A stretch of DNA of 64,000 bases, from contig MCFE01000196.1 in NCBI GenBank assembly GCA_002104905.1, positions 1-64,000 on the forward strand, in the 5' to 3' direction. How positions within the stretch are numbered: position 1 is the first letter of the stretch; the number at the start of each line of letters is the position of its first letter. A program made the position numbers and the translations under genes. Below are positions 1-12,180 of the stretch, in pieces. The stretch is from Basidiobolus meristosporus CBS 931.73. Its lineage: Eukaryota > Fungi > Basidiobolomycota. The notes beneath the pieces were generated by a model. The model made no database searches. It saw nothing but the letters and a program-made list of their open reading frames with translations, and was not told where the DNA came from.

Positions 1-200
1 CCAGGTTGTGGATTTTCTAGCATGGTCAATTTTCCATACCCAGAATAGAGGCAAGACCATCCCAAGATTCCACGTTCCGATCACAAGGTGGGAATCTAGA
101 GCTACCGCAACGTTGTGATTGGACTTTGTATTTTAGAGATGTATTCACGTAACGCTGACTAAAAATGAGCTGGATAGTTTTCGGGAATACTCCCCCAACT
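1..200. repeat. Diverged paralog of the sugar-porter upstream region; another transporter copy may lie just left of the window
   Basis: Aligns by eye with 3976-4175 and 8596-8790 (shared blocks GATCACAAGGTGGGAATCTAGAGC and GCTGACTAAAAATG). Confidence 0.7.
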
Positions 201-276
201 TCGCTATACCAAGTTGGATGTTCTCTAATAAATATAGATTCAATCAATATCCATATTTCGACCGAGTTATCAGGAT

Positions 277-1310
277 TTGAACCGAGCTTCTTACTAAAAT
301 AGACTCAATGGATCAATGTTATATTTCTTTACCCTAATTTAGTTTTCCTAACCAATCAACTCTAAATATCCATTGCAAATGACCTCCAGCAAACAATGCA
401 GTGAGGTCATGATGCATACCCGAAAATTATAGCTTAATATGTTCAATCTATCACATTCTCGTACAAAGGACCCATTCCAGAAGTTTGGGGACAGATTCAT
501 TCAGGAACCAGAAGCAGGTTGCAACCCACGTTCTAGGAATGTTTATTTGTAGCGAGCCCCCTAATTACACCGAAGTACCTAGCGGCAACCGGACCAAATT
601 ACTTGATACTGGCTGATACACACGTGGGTCAATCCAGTCTCTAGTATTTTTCAGAGTGACTGAAGGATACCCCAGGTTGTCTCTTTGCATTTCCGCTTGG
701 ATCATCGTGCTACGCTAATTTAAACCGCTTCTCTAGAATGATGAGGTAGATCACATTGATATGGAAATATTGCTCTCACCAACACGAGTCAGCCTTTCCT
801 GGTGGGAAGAATGCTCGTCGCCTTGAAATGGAGTCAAACGTGACTGATCTGAGTGCAGGAGGGAATTGGAAGTTGGGGCATGCTTATAAATGGAAACATG
901 TAAAAAGCACACAGTTAGTGTTTTTCGGATCAGTATGATCGGTTAGGCTGCCTGATGTAGGCGAGTGGCGTAAATGGTAATCACGAGATCAGCTTGATGT
1001 TAGCCCTTAGTATTTGTTAATGTGAATGGGAGAATTTTTGGTTGGATTCCAAACTATATTTGGAAAACATTCGAGAATGCTACGGAGTTCGGTCGGGTGT
1101 TGGCACAATTTTTCTAGACTGGCATGGTACTGTGATGTGTAAACTTTGTTTTATGTAGAGGACAAGGTATTCGCCGAGCAATCCTCTGGTGAGTCTTGAC
1201 GTGCATCCTAGATATGTCTATCGACATTGAATTGTTGTATGCCCCTCTAAGCTACATATCATTCAACAGCGTAGATTTGCTTAGATAGAGCTCCATAGCT
1301 GGCCAACACT
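277..1310. repeat. Segmental duplicate of 9922-10200 plus 11140-11880
   Basis: Long colinear matches, e.g. TTACTAAAATnGACTCAATGGATCAAT, GATACTGGCTGATACACA and CATTCGAGAATGCTACGGAGTTCGGTCGGGT. The ~950 bp at 10200-11140 is absent from this copy. Confidence 0.9.
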
Positions 1311-1859
1311 AACGCTAATTCTGCACTCTAAGCTACAAGAAGATAAACGGAAAACTGAGGAGACGAAGCTTCGCTCCCGGCAAATTGATCTTATGAGATG
1401 CGACCAGAACCATCAGCCTCTATGCATATACCCAGAGACAGGGATGAAGAGAGCTAGAAGTGGACAATCCCCCGATTGTTTCCCTGAAACAAGCACTTGT
1501 GACCGAATGGAAGCCAATCCATTCGTCCTGGTCGACTATACACGGGACTTGAGTTTCTCGGACTTTCCAGGCTATTTGAATTTCAGCAGCATCACTTAGA
1601 GCACGTATACTTATCACTCGTGGATCCTTACAGCAAACATGAAAGCAATTTTCTGACGTCCCATGTCGACACCAACTCTCTGTCTGTAGCTGGATTTTCT
1701 AGTTCCCTCACAAGCTCCCCGATCATCATCATCAATGTTCTCCCTCTCAATCCAACCACTGATTCCATAAATTCCGAATCCGAAATCGTCACCAAGACTC
1801 CCGTCACAGCCAATTCTCAAATGAACCATTCCAGATCTAATACGAAGAGGAATCGCTGA
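1309..1859 (+). pseudogene. Truncated, decayed copy of the gene at 12181-13124
   Basis: Matches 12310-12910 but lacks the start, has lost the intron donor through a ~45 bp deletion, and lacks the 3' end. Confidence 0.85.
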
Positions 1860-1869
1860 GCGATGAGAA

Positions 1870-2462
1870 TCCATTCGATCATCGATTATTTACAATTTAA
1901 TTCTGGATTCATTGGATGCTATTTCCCCATCCAGTCAGGTGTGTAGTATTCAATATTAGGGTTACGCATCCTACTTAGTGTATAGCCAGACATGTTAGTA
2001 TTTTTCCGAGTTAAACTCATACCTGCCCATTTAGTCAGCATTTTTGGGTCCACATGGCATGTATATTTCACTACTCTGTAACAAAAGATTAAATTTTTGT
2101 TGATATGCCAGCCACATTCTGAATCTTAGATTAGCTCAGCTCTAACAGATGCGACCAGCTGAGATTTGCAGTCATGGCTTCAACTTGAAAGCTAATCTCA
2201 AGACGACTAATGCGACTAAATATAAACGCACAATACGAATAGGCTTTTCGAGTTCCAAGTGCGTTGCTAAACCAGTTCATTCCCACAACAGCGATGTGGG
2301 ATTGCGCCGCCTACTTTTCTTACGGTATAAATATAACGTTGAACTTGGCCATAAAAGTGATGTGGAATTTAATTCTAACTTTATTTCAGCCATGCCATGT
2401 AACAATAATGTGATGATTAACAGGAATATGATACAAACAAACTATGCGTGCCAAATACTACT
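1870..2462. repeat. Duplicate of 13318-14177 (transporter 3' flank) with internal deletions
   Basis: Colinear matches such as GATGCTATTTCCCCATCCAGTCAGGTGTGTAG and AACGTTGAACTTGGC. Confidence 0.85.
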
Positions 2463-3905
2463 CTACTGCTGGTCCACTTCAGCTGTGCGGTGGCCAGTGA
2501 TCTCCTCAATACTACGGCCCTTGGTCTCGGGCAAGAAGAAGAGAACGCCGATGAACCCGGCAATACAGCAGCAAACAAAGATCAAGAACACGTATCCGTG
2601 CATTGCGTCCTTCAGCGAGGGGAAGAAGAAGCCAACAATGAAGTTGCCCAGCCAGTTGAGTCCGAGTGCGCTGGAGGCCACCGTGGATACAGCTCTGGTG
2701 GGAATGAGCTCGGAGATGATCAGGAATGGAATGGGGCCCATGCCAAGTGCGAATGACACAACGAACGCAAACAATCCGAGAATCACAAGCCCCGAATCAT
2801 TGCACTCGATCCCGATGATCATCAGCACGTTGAACGCCGCCATTCCCGCAAGACTGAGGAGCACAAGGAACTTTCGTCCAACACGATCGATCAGGAGAAT
2901 GGTGACAATCGTGGCTAGCAGGTTGATGGCCCCCACCCCGACCGTGAGATACTGAGCGGTCTTGTTGCCATAGATGGATGTGAAGATCGAGGTGGAGTAG
3001 TACATGATCCCGTTGATGCCACAGAGTTGCTGGATGACACACAGGAACATGCACATGAAGGCGTGCTTGCGGGTCAACGAATCCCTCATGATGAACTTGA
3101 ATCCATCCATGATTGATGTCTGCTCCCCGCTGACCTTAGCTTCGGCTCTGGCATCCACCATCGTCTGGAGCTCCTTGGTGATGTCCATTCCCTTGCGAAG
3201 CTTCAGCAGTGACTTCTCGGCATCATCGACACGGTCCTTGGATATGTAGTAGCGTGGTGTCTCAGTGATGAATGAGAGCGTGACCAGCTGCAGGATTGCG
3301 ACAGCCCCGGTCAGTGCCATACAGATACGCCATCCAGCTCTGCTCGAGAGTCCAAGCCCAGCTGCCTGGGTAACCAACTGACCAATGACACAGGTAAGTT
3401 GGGTCATGGCTCCGTAAGCACCACGAACCCTGGTGGTGGAGACCTCGCCGATGTATGTGGGAAGAACCACTGTTCCGAACCCTGACCCAACACCGGTGAA
3501 GAAACGGCCCACAATCCACATCCCCTTGTTCTTCGAGAGACCAAGGAGCAAGGCGCCAAGGATAAAGAAAATGTTGTTGAACAGAAGCGAGTTACGACGC
3601 CCAAACCTGGCCTGCGACCAACCGGCTGACAGTCCGCCTATGGCTCCACCGATGGAGAAACTGCTCACCGCGAAGCCCCACAGCCAGTTGCCCATTGGGA
3701 AGCAGCTGGGGAATCCGTCGACCTTTTCATCGGGATTGGCACAGTCGATAATCGAGGATTGGATGATGTTGGTGTCGGAGGTATTCCAGCCATTGTTGAA
3801 GGAGACAAGACAAGCGATCGAGACGCACATGACAGTGTAGAAGGAGAACCCGGCTTCAGACGAGTCGTTTGAGGATTTCACCTCTTTAGTAGAACGGCCA
3901 AACAT
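2463..3905 (-). CDS. MFS sugar porter (GLUT-like), copy 1, 480 aa, intronless
   Basis: Multiple hydrophobic segments consistent with a 12-TM porter. Sugar porter motifs RFGRR, GRFFTGVGSG, ETPRY, QQLCGINGIMYYS, DRVGRK and PETKGRS. Confidence 0.97.
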   Translation of the reverse strand: MFGRSTKEVKSSNDSSEAGFSFYTVMCVSIACLVSFNNGWNTSDTNIIQSSIIDCANPDEKVDGFPSCFPMGNWLWGFAVSSFSIGGAIGGLSAGWSQARFGRRNSLLFNNIFFILGALLLGLSKNKGMWIVGRFFTGVGSGFGTVVLPTYIGEVSTTRVRGAYGAMTQLTCVIGQLVTQAAGLGLSSRAGWRICMALTGAVAILQLVTLSFITETPRYYISKDRVDDAEKSLLKLRKGMDITKELQTMVDARAEAKVSGEQTSIMDGFKFIMRDSLTRKHAFMCMFLCVIQQLCGINGIMYYSTSIFTSIYGNKTAQYLTVGVGAINLLATIVTILLIDRVGRKFLVLLSLAGMAAFNVLMIIGIECNDSGLVILGLFAFVVSFALGMGPIPFLIISELIPTRAVSTVASSALGLNWLGNFIVGFFFPSLKDAMHGYVFLIFVCCCIAGFIGVLFFLPETKGRSIEEITGHRTAEVDQQ

Positions 3906-3953
3906 TGTATATGATTATGATGAGTATGATGCTACGAACGGGCTGCTCGGAGC

Positions 3954-3963
3954 ATATATATAA
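3954..3963 (-). promoter_or_regulatory. Probable TATA box of transporter copy 1 (identical at copy 2, ~8574-8583)
   Basis: TTATATATAT on the minus strand about 50 nt upstream of the ATG. Confidence 0.5.
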
Positions 3964-5205
3964 CCCAGAGTTTCGCAGGTTGCCGATTTTCTAGTATGGT
4001 CAAGTTTCCATATCCAGAATAGAAGCCTGGAAGGCCATCCCGAGATTCCTCGTTCAGATCACAAGGTGGGAATCTAGAGCCACTAAGGCGGTGTGATTGG
4101 TCTTTCCATATTGGAGATATAGTCACCCTATGCTGACTAAAAATGTACTTAGGGATGATTTTCGGGATTACTCCAACATCACCACTAATCACTATTAGAA
4201 ATTAGCTCAAGTCAACTTCCATATCGGGTGGATATCTAATTACTTGAAAATTCATCTTATCCATACGTCGGCTGAATTATTAGAAATTGAGCCGGTAAAA
4301 GAAAATCTATATGCGGGATTAATTCTCCATATTTGGAGCTTCCTCAATCTCCACATATGGCTCAGTTCATACGATGAAGTACCTAAATAAGCTTACATAA
4401 AGATATCAAGTCTAAGCATTCATGGTAGGATTTGTTCAAATTCCGTGGCAACATCGTATTTCAACCGATTCTTGATGGATAATCAAGAGATTAACAATAT
4501 CAACTAATGTTGGTATCTCCCTCGACTGCCAGTATTAATAAACCATCAAAGATGTTACCTCATATAAATAGAGCAAGTACAGAAAGCCAGCTCAGCTACT
4601 CCTACCAACTGAATAAGTTCAACGGTATTTAGTCATCTGGGTAGACATAGTCCTAATCCTCACAATTAAGCCACAAGGAAGGAACCAAGAGCTAGAGATA
4701 GTTAATAATAAGGTGCTACATAATATAATACTAGAAACTATTTATTCTGATTGTTATGAAGATTCATAAAGTTGATACCATCAGGACCATGTTTTTAAGC
4801 GCTCGTATGATGGCATTAGTGAGCCCTACCCACCTCACGAACCACATGTCTGTCAAATTCGACAAATGAATTATTCAATTGGCCTTGATCTGCCAACACG
4901 ATTTGCCAAGATGGCTTCCCTTCAGCCCAATACAGTAGTTTTTCTATTGTTTGATATCACCAGCCTCGTATCTTTCGATAAAATAAAATGAGTATGAATG
5001 CAATGTTTTTCATCCAATTGTTGTACCATAATACATGGAACCTCGGGACTTTTAATCTTTACCATCTTCTGATCCGAAATTATGATTGACGGTGCCAGGA
5101 TATCAGTTACAGCGTAAGCTCCACTAATGATACACGGAATTGAAAGTGGCCTCGGTATATAATTGGCACGATCAATGCAGTTTTCAACTGAATCGCAATA
5201 CTCTG

Positions 5206-6919
5206 ATGCCCCAATTTAGGGTTCACACTTTATTCGTACTTCTTGCTCTGGGGCACAATGGTGCTCTTGCAGCATGCGGATGTCGCTGTCTTCCCAAGGA
5301 TAGTTGTTGGCCAAGTGAAGAAATATGGAGGGATTCTAAATTCATCTATTAATGGCCAACTATTACAGACTAGGCCTCCTGCATACCCATGTCATGAGCC
5401 TAACCATAACCAGGCAGAATGTAATATAGTACGAGACAATTACATTTATGGCACTTGGCGCAGCAACCAAGCGGGAGCAATGCAGGCCCCCAACTGGGAA
5501 ATGTATGGAGGTAAAGGTTGCTTGTCATGAAGTACCAGTGACTCTTGTTCGCAGGGATCTGTTTCGGTCTATACTGTTGATGCCCGTAATGCCGCCGACG
5601 TTCAAGAAGCAGTTCAATTTTCTCACCAGCATAATCTTCGACTGGTTGTTAAAAATACCGGGCACGATTTCTTGGGAAGAAGCGCTGGATATGGATCCCT
5701 GAATATTTGGACTCATCATCTCGATAGAATCAGCTTTCACTACTCGTTTATTCCGGAGGGTTTCGATAGTGGTGCCTCATCTCCAGCAGTTTCCTTAGGT
5801 CCTGGAATTCAATGGAAGAGCGTATATGAAACGGCGGAAGCACATGGTGTCAATGTTATTGGTGGGGCTAGTCCATCAGTAGGAGCGGCAGGGGGTTACT
5901 GTCAAGGAGGCGGACATAGCCCGCTGTCGGTCCAATATGGCCTTTGCGTGGATAATGCCTTGCAGTACAAAGTCGTTACTGCCGATGGAGAACTACTCAC
6001 TGCCAATGAGTGTCAAAATAAAGATATCTTCTAGGCACTGCGTGGAGGCGGGGGCGGAACTTTCAGTATTGTTGCGGAAGCCGCGTTTACGTAAACGTAC
6101 AAGGCATTCGATAATATAGTAGCGATGTTATACCGGCTCAATACTACAGACGAGGCCAACTACCTTGAAGCCATCAAAGAATTTATTCGGCTCCAACCAT
6201 CCTGGGAAGAAAATGTAGGCATATCTGGGTATTTCTCCTTAAGCAATAGGGCCCTATTATGGGCTTATACCATACCCAATCCAAATGCAAGCTATCTCTC
6301 CTCACCCCTTGCGCCATTGCAAGCCCATGCGGATCAGCATGAAGGGATGACATAAAGAGGGCATTTTCGGACTTACACCTCCTTCCTTGATTGGCATGAA
6401 ACTTTTGTTTCTGACACCACAGGCACACCTGTACTTCTCAGTTCTCGGCTTATTCCATTGGAGATTTTCAAGACAGACAAAACAGTTGATCAGTTGGCGA
6501 AAACCTTGATCGAAGCCCAGAAGACTAATGGGAAATTCGATAGCAATGTTACTATCCTTGGGCATCTTGTTGCTGGCGGTGCATTTACCCGTAACAAAGG
6601 AGAGGATACCTCTGTTCACCCTGCTTGGCGAGAGGCCTTACGGCATATGGTGCTTCCAACTAGCTGGGATGTAAATACCTCATTGTCAGAGCAACGTAAA
6701 TTGGCCTCCGAGTTGACGGAGAGGACACAACCCTTGAGAGATATCACACCAGGCTCCGGTGCATATTTCAACGAACCACATTGGCAGCAGGCGTTTTTCG
6801 TGAGGAATTACCGGAGTCTGAGAAGGATTGAAGCAAAATATGATCCTGATGGGCTATTCGTTTGCCATCATTGTGTTGGCAGTGAGGAATGGAGTGATGA
6901 CCTAAATTGCCGTGTTTGA
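5206..6919 (+). pseudogene. Secreted FAD-linked oxidoreductase (berberine-bridge-enzyme/VAO-like) pseudogene
   Basis: Signal peptide, CRCLP..CWP, KNTGHDFLGRS (covalent-FAD His), GGYCQGGGHSPLS, (W)ALRGGGG and KYDPDGLFVCHHCVGSEEW. Disrupted by a frameshift near 5320 and in-frame stops at 5528, 6032, 6092 and 6353. Confidence 0.93.
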
Positions 6920-7081
6920 CTTGCACGTTTCCCCTAGTAAAACTTAACAACTCCAGCCAATTAGCTCCCGTAACAGTCATGTGAAACTTGATTCCAACTT
7001 TATTTCAGCTATGCCATGTAACAATAATGTGGTGATTATCAGGAATATAATACAAATAAACTATGCATGCCAAATGCTACT

Positions 7082-8525
7082 CTACTGCTGGTCCACTTCA
7101 GCTGTGCGGTGGCCAGTGATCTCCTCAATACTACGGCCCTTGGTCTCGGGCAAGAAGAAGAGAACGCCGATGAACCCGGCAATACAGCAGCAAACAAAGA
7201 TCAAGAACACGTATCCGTGCATTGCGTCCTTCAGCGAGGGAAAGAAGAAGCCAACAATGAAGTTGCCCACCCAGTTGAGTCCGAGTGCGCTGGAGGCCAC
7301 CGTCGACACAGCTCTGGTGGGAATGAGCTCGGAGATGATCAGGAATGGAATGGGGCCCATACCAAGCGCGAATGACACAACGAACGCAAACAATCCGAGA
7401 ATCACAAGCCCCGAGTCATTGCACTCGATCCCGATGATCATCAGCACGTTGAACGCCGCCATTCCCGCCAGACTGAGGAGCACAAGGAACTTTCGTCCAA
7501 CACGATCGATCAGGAGAATGGTGACAATCGTGGCTAGCAGGTTGATGGCCCCCACCCCGACCGTGAGATACTGAGCAGTCTTGTTGCCGTAGATGGATGT
7601 GAAGATCGAGGTGGAGTAGTACATGATCCCGTTGATGCCACAGAGTTGCTGGATGACACACAGGAACATGCACATGAAGGCGTGCTTGCGGGTCAACGAA
7701 TCCCGCATGATGAACTTGAATCCATCCATGATTGATGTCTGCTCCCCGCTGACCTTGGCTTCGGCTCTGGCATCCACCATCGTCTGGAGCTCCTTGGTGA
7801 TGTCCATTCCCTTGCGAAGCTTCAGCAGTGACTTCTCGGCATCGTCGACACGGTCCTTGGATATGTAGTAGCGTGGTGTCTCAGTGATGAATGAGAGCGT
7901 GACCAGCTGCAGGATCGCGACAGCCCCGGTCAGTGCCATACAGATACGCCATCCAGCTCTGCTCGAGAGTCCAAGCCCAGCTGCCTGGGTAACCAACTGA
8001 CCAATGACGCAGGTAAGTTGGGTCATGGCTCCGTAAGCACCACGAACCCTGGTGGTAGAGACCTCGCCGATGTATGTGGGAAGAACCACTGTTCCGAACC
8101 CTGACCCAACACCGGTGAAGAAACGGCCCACAATCCACATCCCCTTGTTCTTCGAGAGACCAAGGAGCAAGGCGCCAAGGATAAAGAAAATGTTGTTGAA
8201 CAGAAGCGAGTTACGACGCCCAAACCTGGCCTGCGACCAACCGGCTGACAGTCCGCCTATGGCTCCACCGATGGAGAAACTGCTCACCGCGAAGCCCCAC
8301 AGCCAGTTGCCCATCGGGAAGCAGCTGGGGAATCCGTTCGACCTTTTCATCGGGATTGGCACAGTCGATAATCGAGGATTGGATGATGTTGGTGTCGGAG
8401 GTATTCCAGCCATTGTTGAAGGAGACAAGACAAGCGATCGAGACGCACATGACAGTGTAGAAGGAGAACCCGGCTTCAGACGAGTCGTTTGAGGATTTCA
8501 CCTCTTTAGTAGAACGGCCAAACAT
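7082..8525 (-). CDS. MFS sugar porter copy 2 with a +1 frameshift near 8338 (sequencing error or young pseudogene)
   Basis: Near-identical to copy 1. It has CCGTTCGACC where copies 1 and 3 have CCGTCGACC. About 245 bp upstream is identical to copy 1. Confidence 0.85.
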
Positions 8526-9799
8526 TGTATATGATTATGATGAGTATGATGCTACGAACGGGCTGCTCGGAGCATATATATAACCCAGAGTTTCGCAGGT
8601 TGCCGATTTTCTAGTATGGTCAAGTTTCCATATCCAGAATAGAAGCCTGGAAGGCCATCCCGAGATTCCTCGTTCAGATCACAAGGTGGGAATCTAGAGC
8701 CACTAAGGCGGTGTGATTGGTCTTTCCATATTGGAGATATAGTCACCCTATGCTGACTAAAAATGAGCTTTGGGATGATTGTCGAGATTAATCCAGTAAC
8801 CCCATTACCTATTGTTGGTAATGTCATTTATCTCATAAGGAGTATCCTTGATAAATATGGACTCAGCCAATAACCATATTTATACTGAGTAATCAGGATT
8901 AGGTCGTATAAGATGGTAAATGTGGTATCAATATCCCAAATTTGAGATATGGGTATACTCCATATATGATCTGGATAAGTTAGCTTTTGGCAAACCACCT
9001 TCCACTTTGGCCAACCTCTATTCACTTGATATTTAAGTAATACTTGATCTTAGCATTTACAAGTCAACACGTGCATAACTCAAGCACGTTTTTTAAAATA
9101 TCGGATCTACATAGAGCCGTAACACATCTCAATCTTTCACAAAAACAAACATAAAAGATAGGAAAAATGCTATGTAGTCCGTGAGGGATAATTAATTTTG
9201 AAGCATTAGTCACTAATAAAAGTTGAATATGGATACGTTTCAGATTAACTAATTAGATACATGTGCGTAAGTCTGCCAGATTAAGTTTCCTTGAGTAGCG
9301 ATGAAAGCCTTTACATGGTTAGGAGTGCTGACGGTCACTGTGTACCACCCTTGTAACCACAATACTCGGCTATTTTGGATCTTACAGTTAGGTTAAGCTC
9401 AACTCGAATCCATAAACGAGGAACAATCCAGGGACGAATCCTTTGTATGGGATCCCAAGTCTTTAACGCTGAACATCTCTAATGCTACACAGTAACGTTC
9501 TAGGATGATTGTCAGTAGAACAATACTACATTGAGGACACCAGTGGAAGACGACTTCAATCAGATATAATATTTATCGTATCGTGACTATAAGGTTAATA
9601 TAGTCTTAAGCACAACTCAGGTAGAACTCAGCAAAAGCGGTGTCGCGACAGGGTTTCTTGGAATTAGGGTTGTTTGGAGAGTAGTGCAAGCATTGGCCCA
9701 GGTGAAAACAGACCTTTAATGTGTGCAAACTCTATACTATCTATGTTATAATTTCATCCATGTCGGATGAAGTGCTATCCAGTATAATTGATTGATTAT

Positions 9800-11880
9800 C
9801 GTTGAGCCTGAACATTCCAGCTGTGTACCCAAAGTGTTTCACTGCGAGAATTATGTCACAGCCCTCGCAGCCCAGCATTACCAAAATCCCAAATTTGCTG
9901 TCATCAATGGTGGCACCGGTCAGAGCTCGTTTTACTAAAATCGACTCAATGGATCAATATTTTATTCCTTTACCCCAATTTAGTTGTCCGAACGAATCAA
10001 TCCCAAATGTCCATTGCAAGTGACCTCCAACTGATAATGCAGTGAGGTCATAATGCATGCCCAAAAATTCTAGATTTATTTGCCCAAGCTAGAACATTCT
10101 CGCACAAAGGACTCATTCCAGAAGTTTGGTGACGGATACATTTAGGAACCGGAAGCAGGTTGCTGCCCACGTTTCGGGAATGTGTATCTATAGCAAATCC
10201 CATTTTCTAATATAATGGTATATCAACAGCCAATGCAGGCTCTAACATGACTGTCAATGTGGTGCTCCACGTACTCATTTAATAGATCCTGGCTTGTAGA
10301 CAAAAGTATGTTACATGTTCGTTGTATGATAGGAAATCCTTGACATTTATGCCGATTTAATGATGGGAATTCCTGCTAGGTTGGGATAGTAAGGGCAGTA
10401 TAGACTCCGAAAAGTAATACCGGGTAACACGTGGCATAAGCAAGGACACACAGGGAAGAGAGTCCAGTAATATGAGGATAACTGACAATCTTTTATCCAG
10501 TATAAATCTCTCCACAAAAAGTGACCAGTATGTGCTTGTTTGCTTTATACAGGAGTGGGAAGGATCCAAGTAACAGATCGTCAGGCTGCGCTTTGACCCC
10601 ATTCAGATCATGTTTAACCCCTTTTTGACACGAATGAGTGATATATACCTGGTTTTGAGCGTCTTCCAATAACACTACATACAACGTTCATAATGTCAGC
10701 GAAAGGGTCAATGCATTTCAAGATTTTCTGATGGAAATACTGCTTTGGGGAATAATTCCGTTATTCCCTGCCACTCCGCTTCAATGGCTTACTTTGGAAC
10801 AGATATTGATGTCATGAACGCCTATCCTTCAAATTTCGGCAAGATAATGGTCAGAATTTGCTTTTCCATTTCCCGTCGCTAAAGGCATTGCTATCCTTTT
10901 GGAGCTTGGTGACCACACCCCGCTAAAATGACCATGAATCTCCTCGTCGTGTTGTTAAGAAAGTGCTGGTGTATGAGGGATCATCGACCAAATGAGTTAC
11001 GAAGTCGTTATTGCTATTACAACAAAGTAATTTGCGTACCAATAAGGGCCTCGTCCGCTTTATTGGGCAGTGGAATCATTCAATGGGCAAGGCTTTGACT
11101 TGCTTCTAACGGAATGCTCTTCAATCTCTACCCAAATTGCATTAAAGTACCTGGTGGCGAAGGGAGCAAATTACCTGATACTGGCTGATACACATGTGGG
11201 TCAATCCAGTCTCAAGTATTTTTCCGAGTAAATGAAGGATACCCCAAGTTTTCTCTTTGCACTTCCACTTGGATCATCGTGTAACACTCATTTAAACTGT
11301 TTCTCTAGAATGATGAGATAGCTCCCATTGATATGGAAATATTGCTCTCACCAACATGAGTCAGCCTTTGCTGGTGGGAAGAATACTCGCCGTCTTGACA
11401 TGGAGGCAAAAGTGAGTGCAAGAGGGGATTGGAAGTCGGGCATGCTTATAAATGGTAAGATGTAGTAATCCATCACAGTCGTAACACAGCAGAATTCTGT
11501 GGATGTTTGTTCTTGAAAAGGCACACAGTTATTGTCGTTCGGATCAGTATGAGCGGTTAGGCTGCCTGATTTATTAGCCCTTAGTATTTGATCATGTGAA
11601 TGAGGAATTTTTGGTTGGATTCCAAACTATATTTGGAAAACATTCGAGAATGCTACGGAGTTCGGTCGGGTTTGGCACAATCTTCCTAAACTGGCAATTG
11701 TACTGCGATGTGTATACTTTGCTTTATGTAGAGGACAAGGCATTCGTCGAGCAATCCTCAAGTGTTTCTTGCATCCTAAATATGACTATCGACATTGAAT
11801 TGCTCTAGGCCTCTCTAAGCTATGTATCATTCAGCAATGTATATTGCTTGGATAGAATTCCATAGCTGTCGAACACTAAG
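9800..11880 (+). pseudogene. Possible degenerate coding sequence of unknown family
   Basis: Protein-like stretches (SIASDLQLIMQ*GHNACPKILDLFAQARTFSHKGLIPEVW; LKYLVAKGANYLILADTHVGQSSL) are kept in the same frame in the duplicate at 277-936, but there are many stops and no family was recognised. Confidence 0.3.
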
Positions 11881-12180
11881 TTCAGTCGGTCTGAGAAACA
11901 CAACTTCTTATCATGACTTGTGTTACAATGGATGCCTCTGCAACCCTCAAGGAATGACCAATGGAGGCCTCAGATATTCAGCAATCAGCATTCTACGATA
12001 GCGCCACTAGGCCACTAGTCGTGTACCCTATAATATTCAAGAATAATTAATCATCGAAATGGGTAATATGCATGGGAGAACCCGATTAAATCCACACCTT
12101 GGCCATTTAAAAGCCCGCCAAGAGCCAGTGGAAATGTTACTGCTCACTACTTCTCGAAGAAGGCCCAATCCACATTCATC

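Noticed and set aside
2149-2955. Long plus-strand ORFs overlapping the transporter and RGS genes (also 6981-7574, 14212-14670, 28789-29118 and similar)
   Set aside because: Antisense shadows of high-GC3 coding sequence; they recur only because the sense gene is duplicated.
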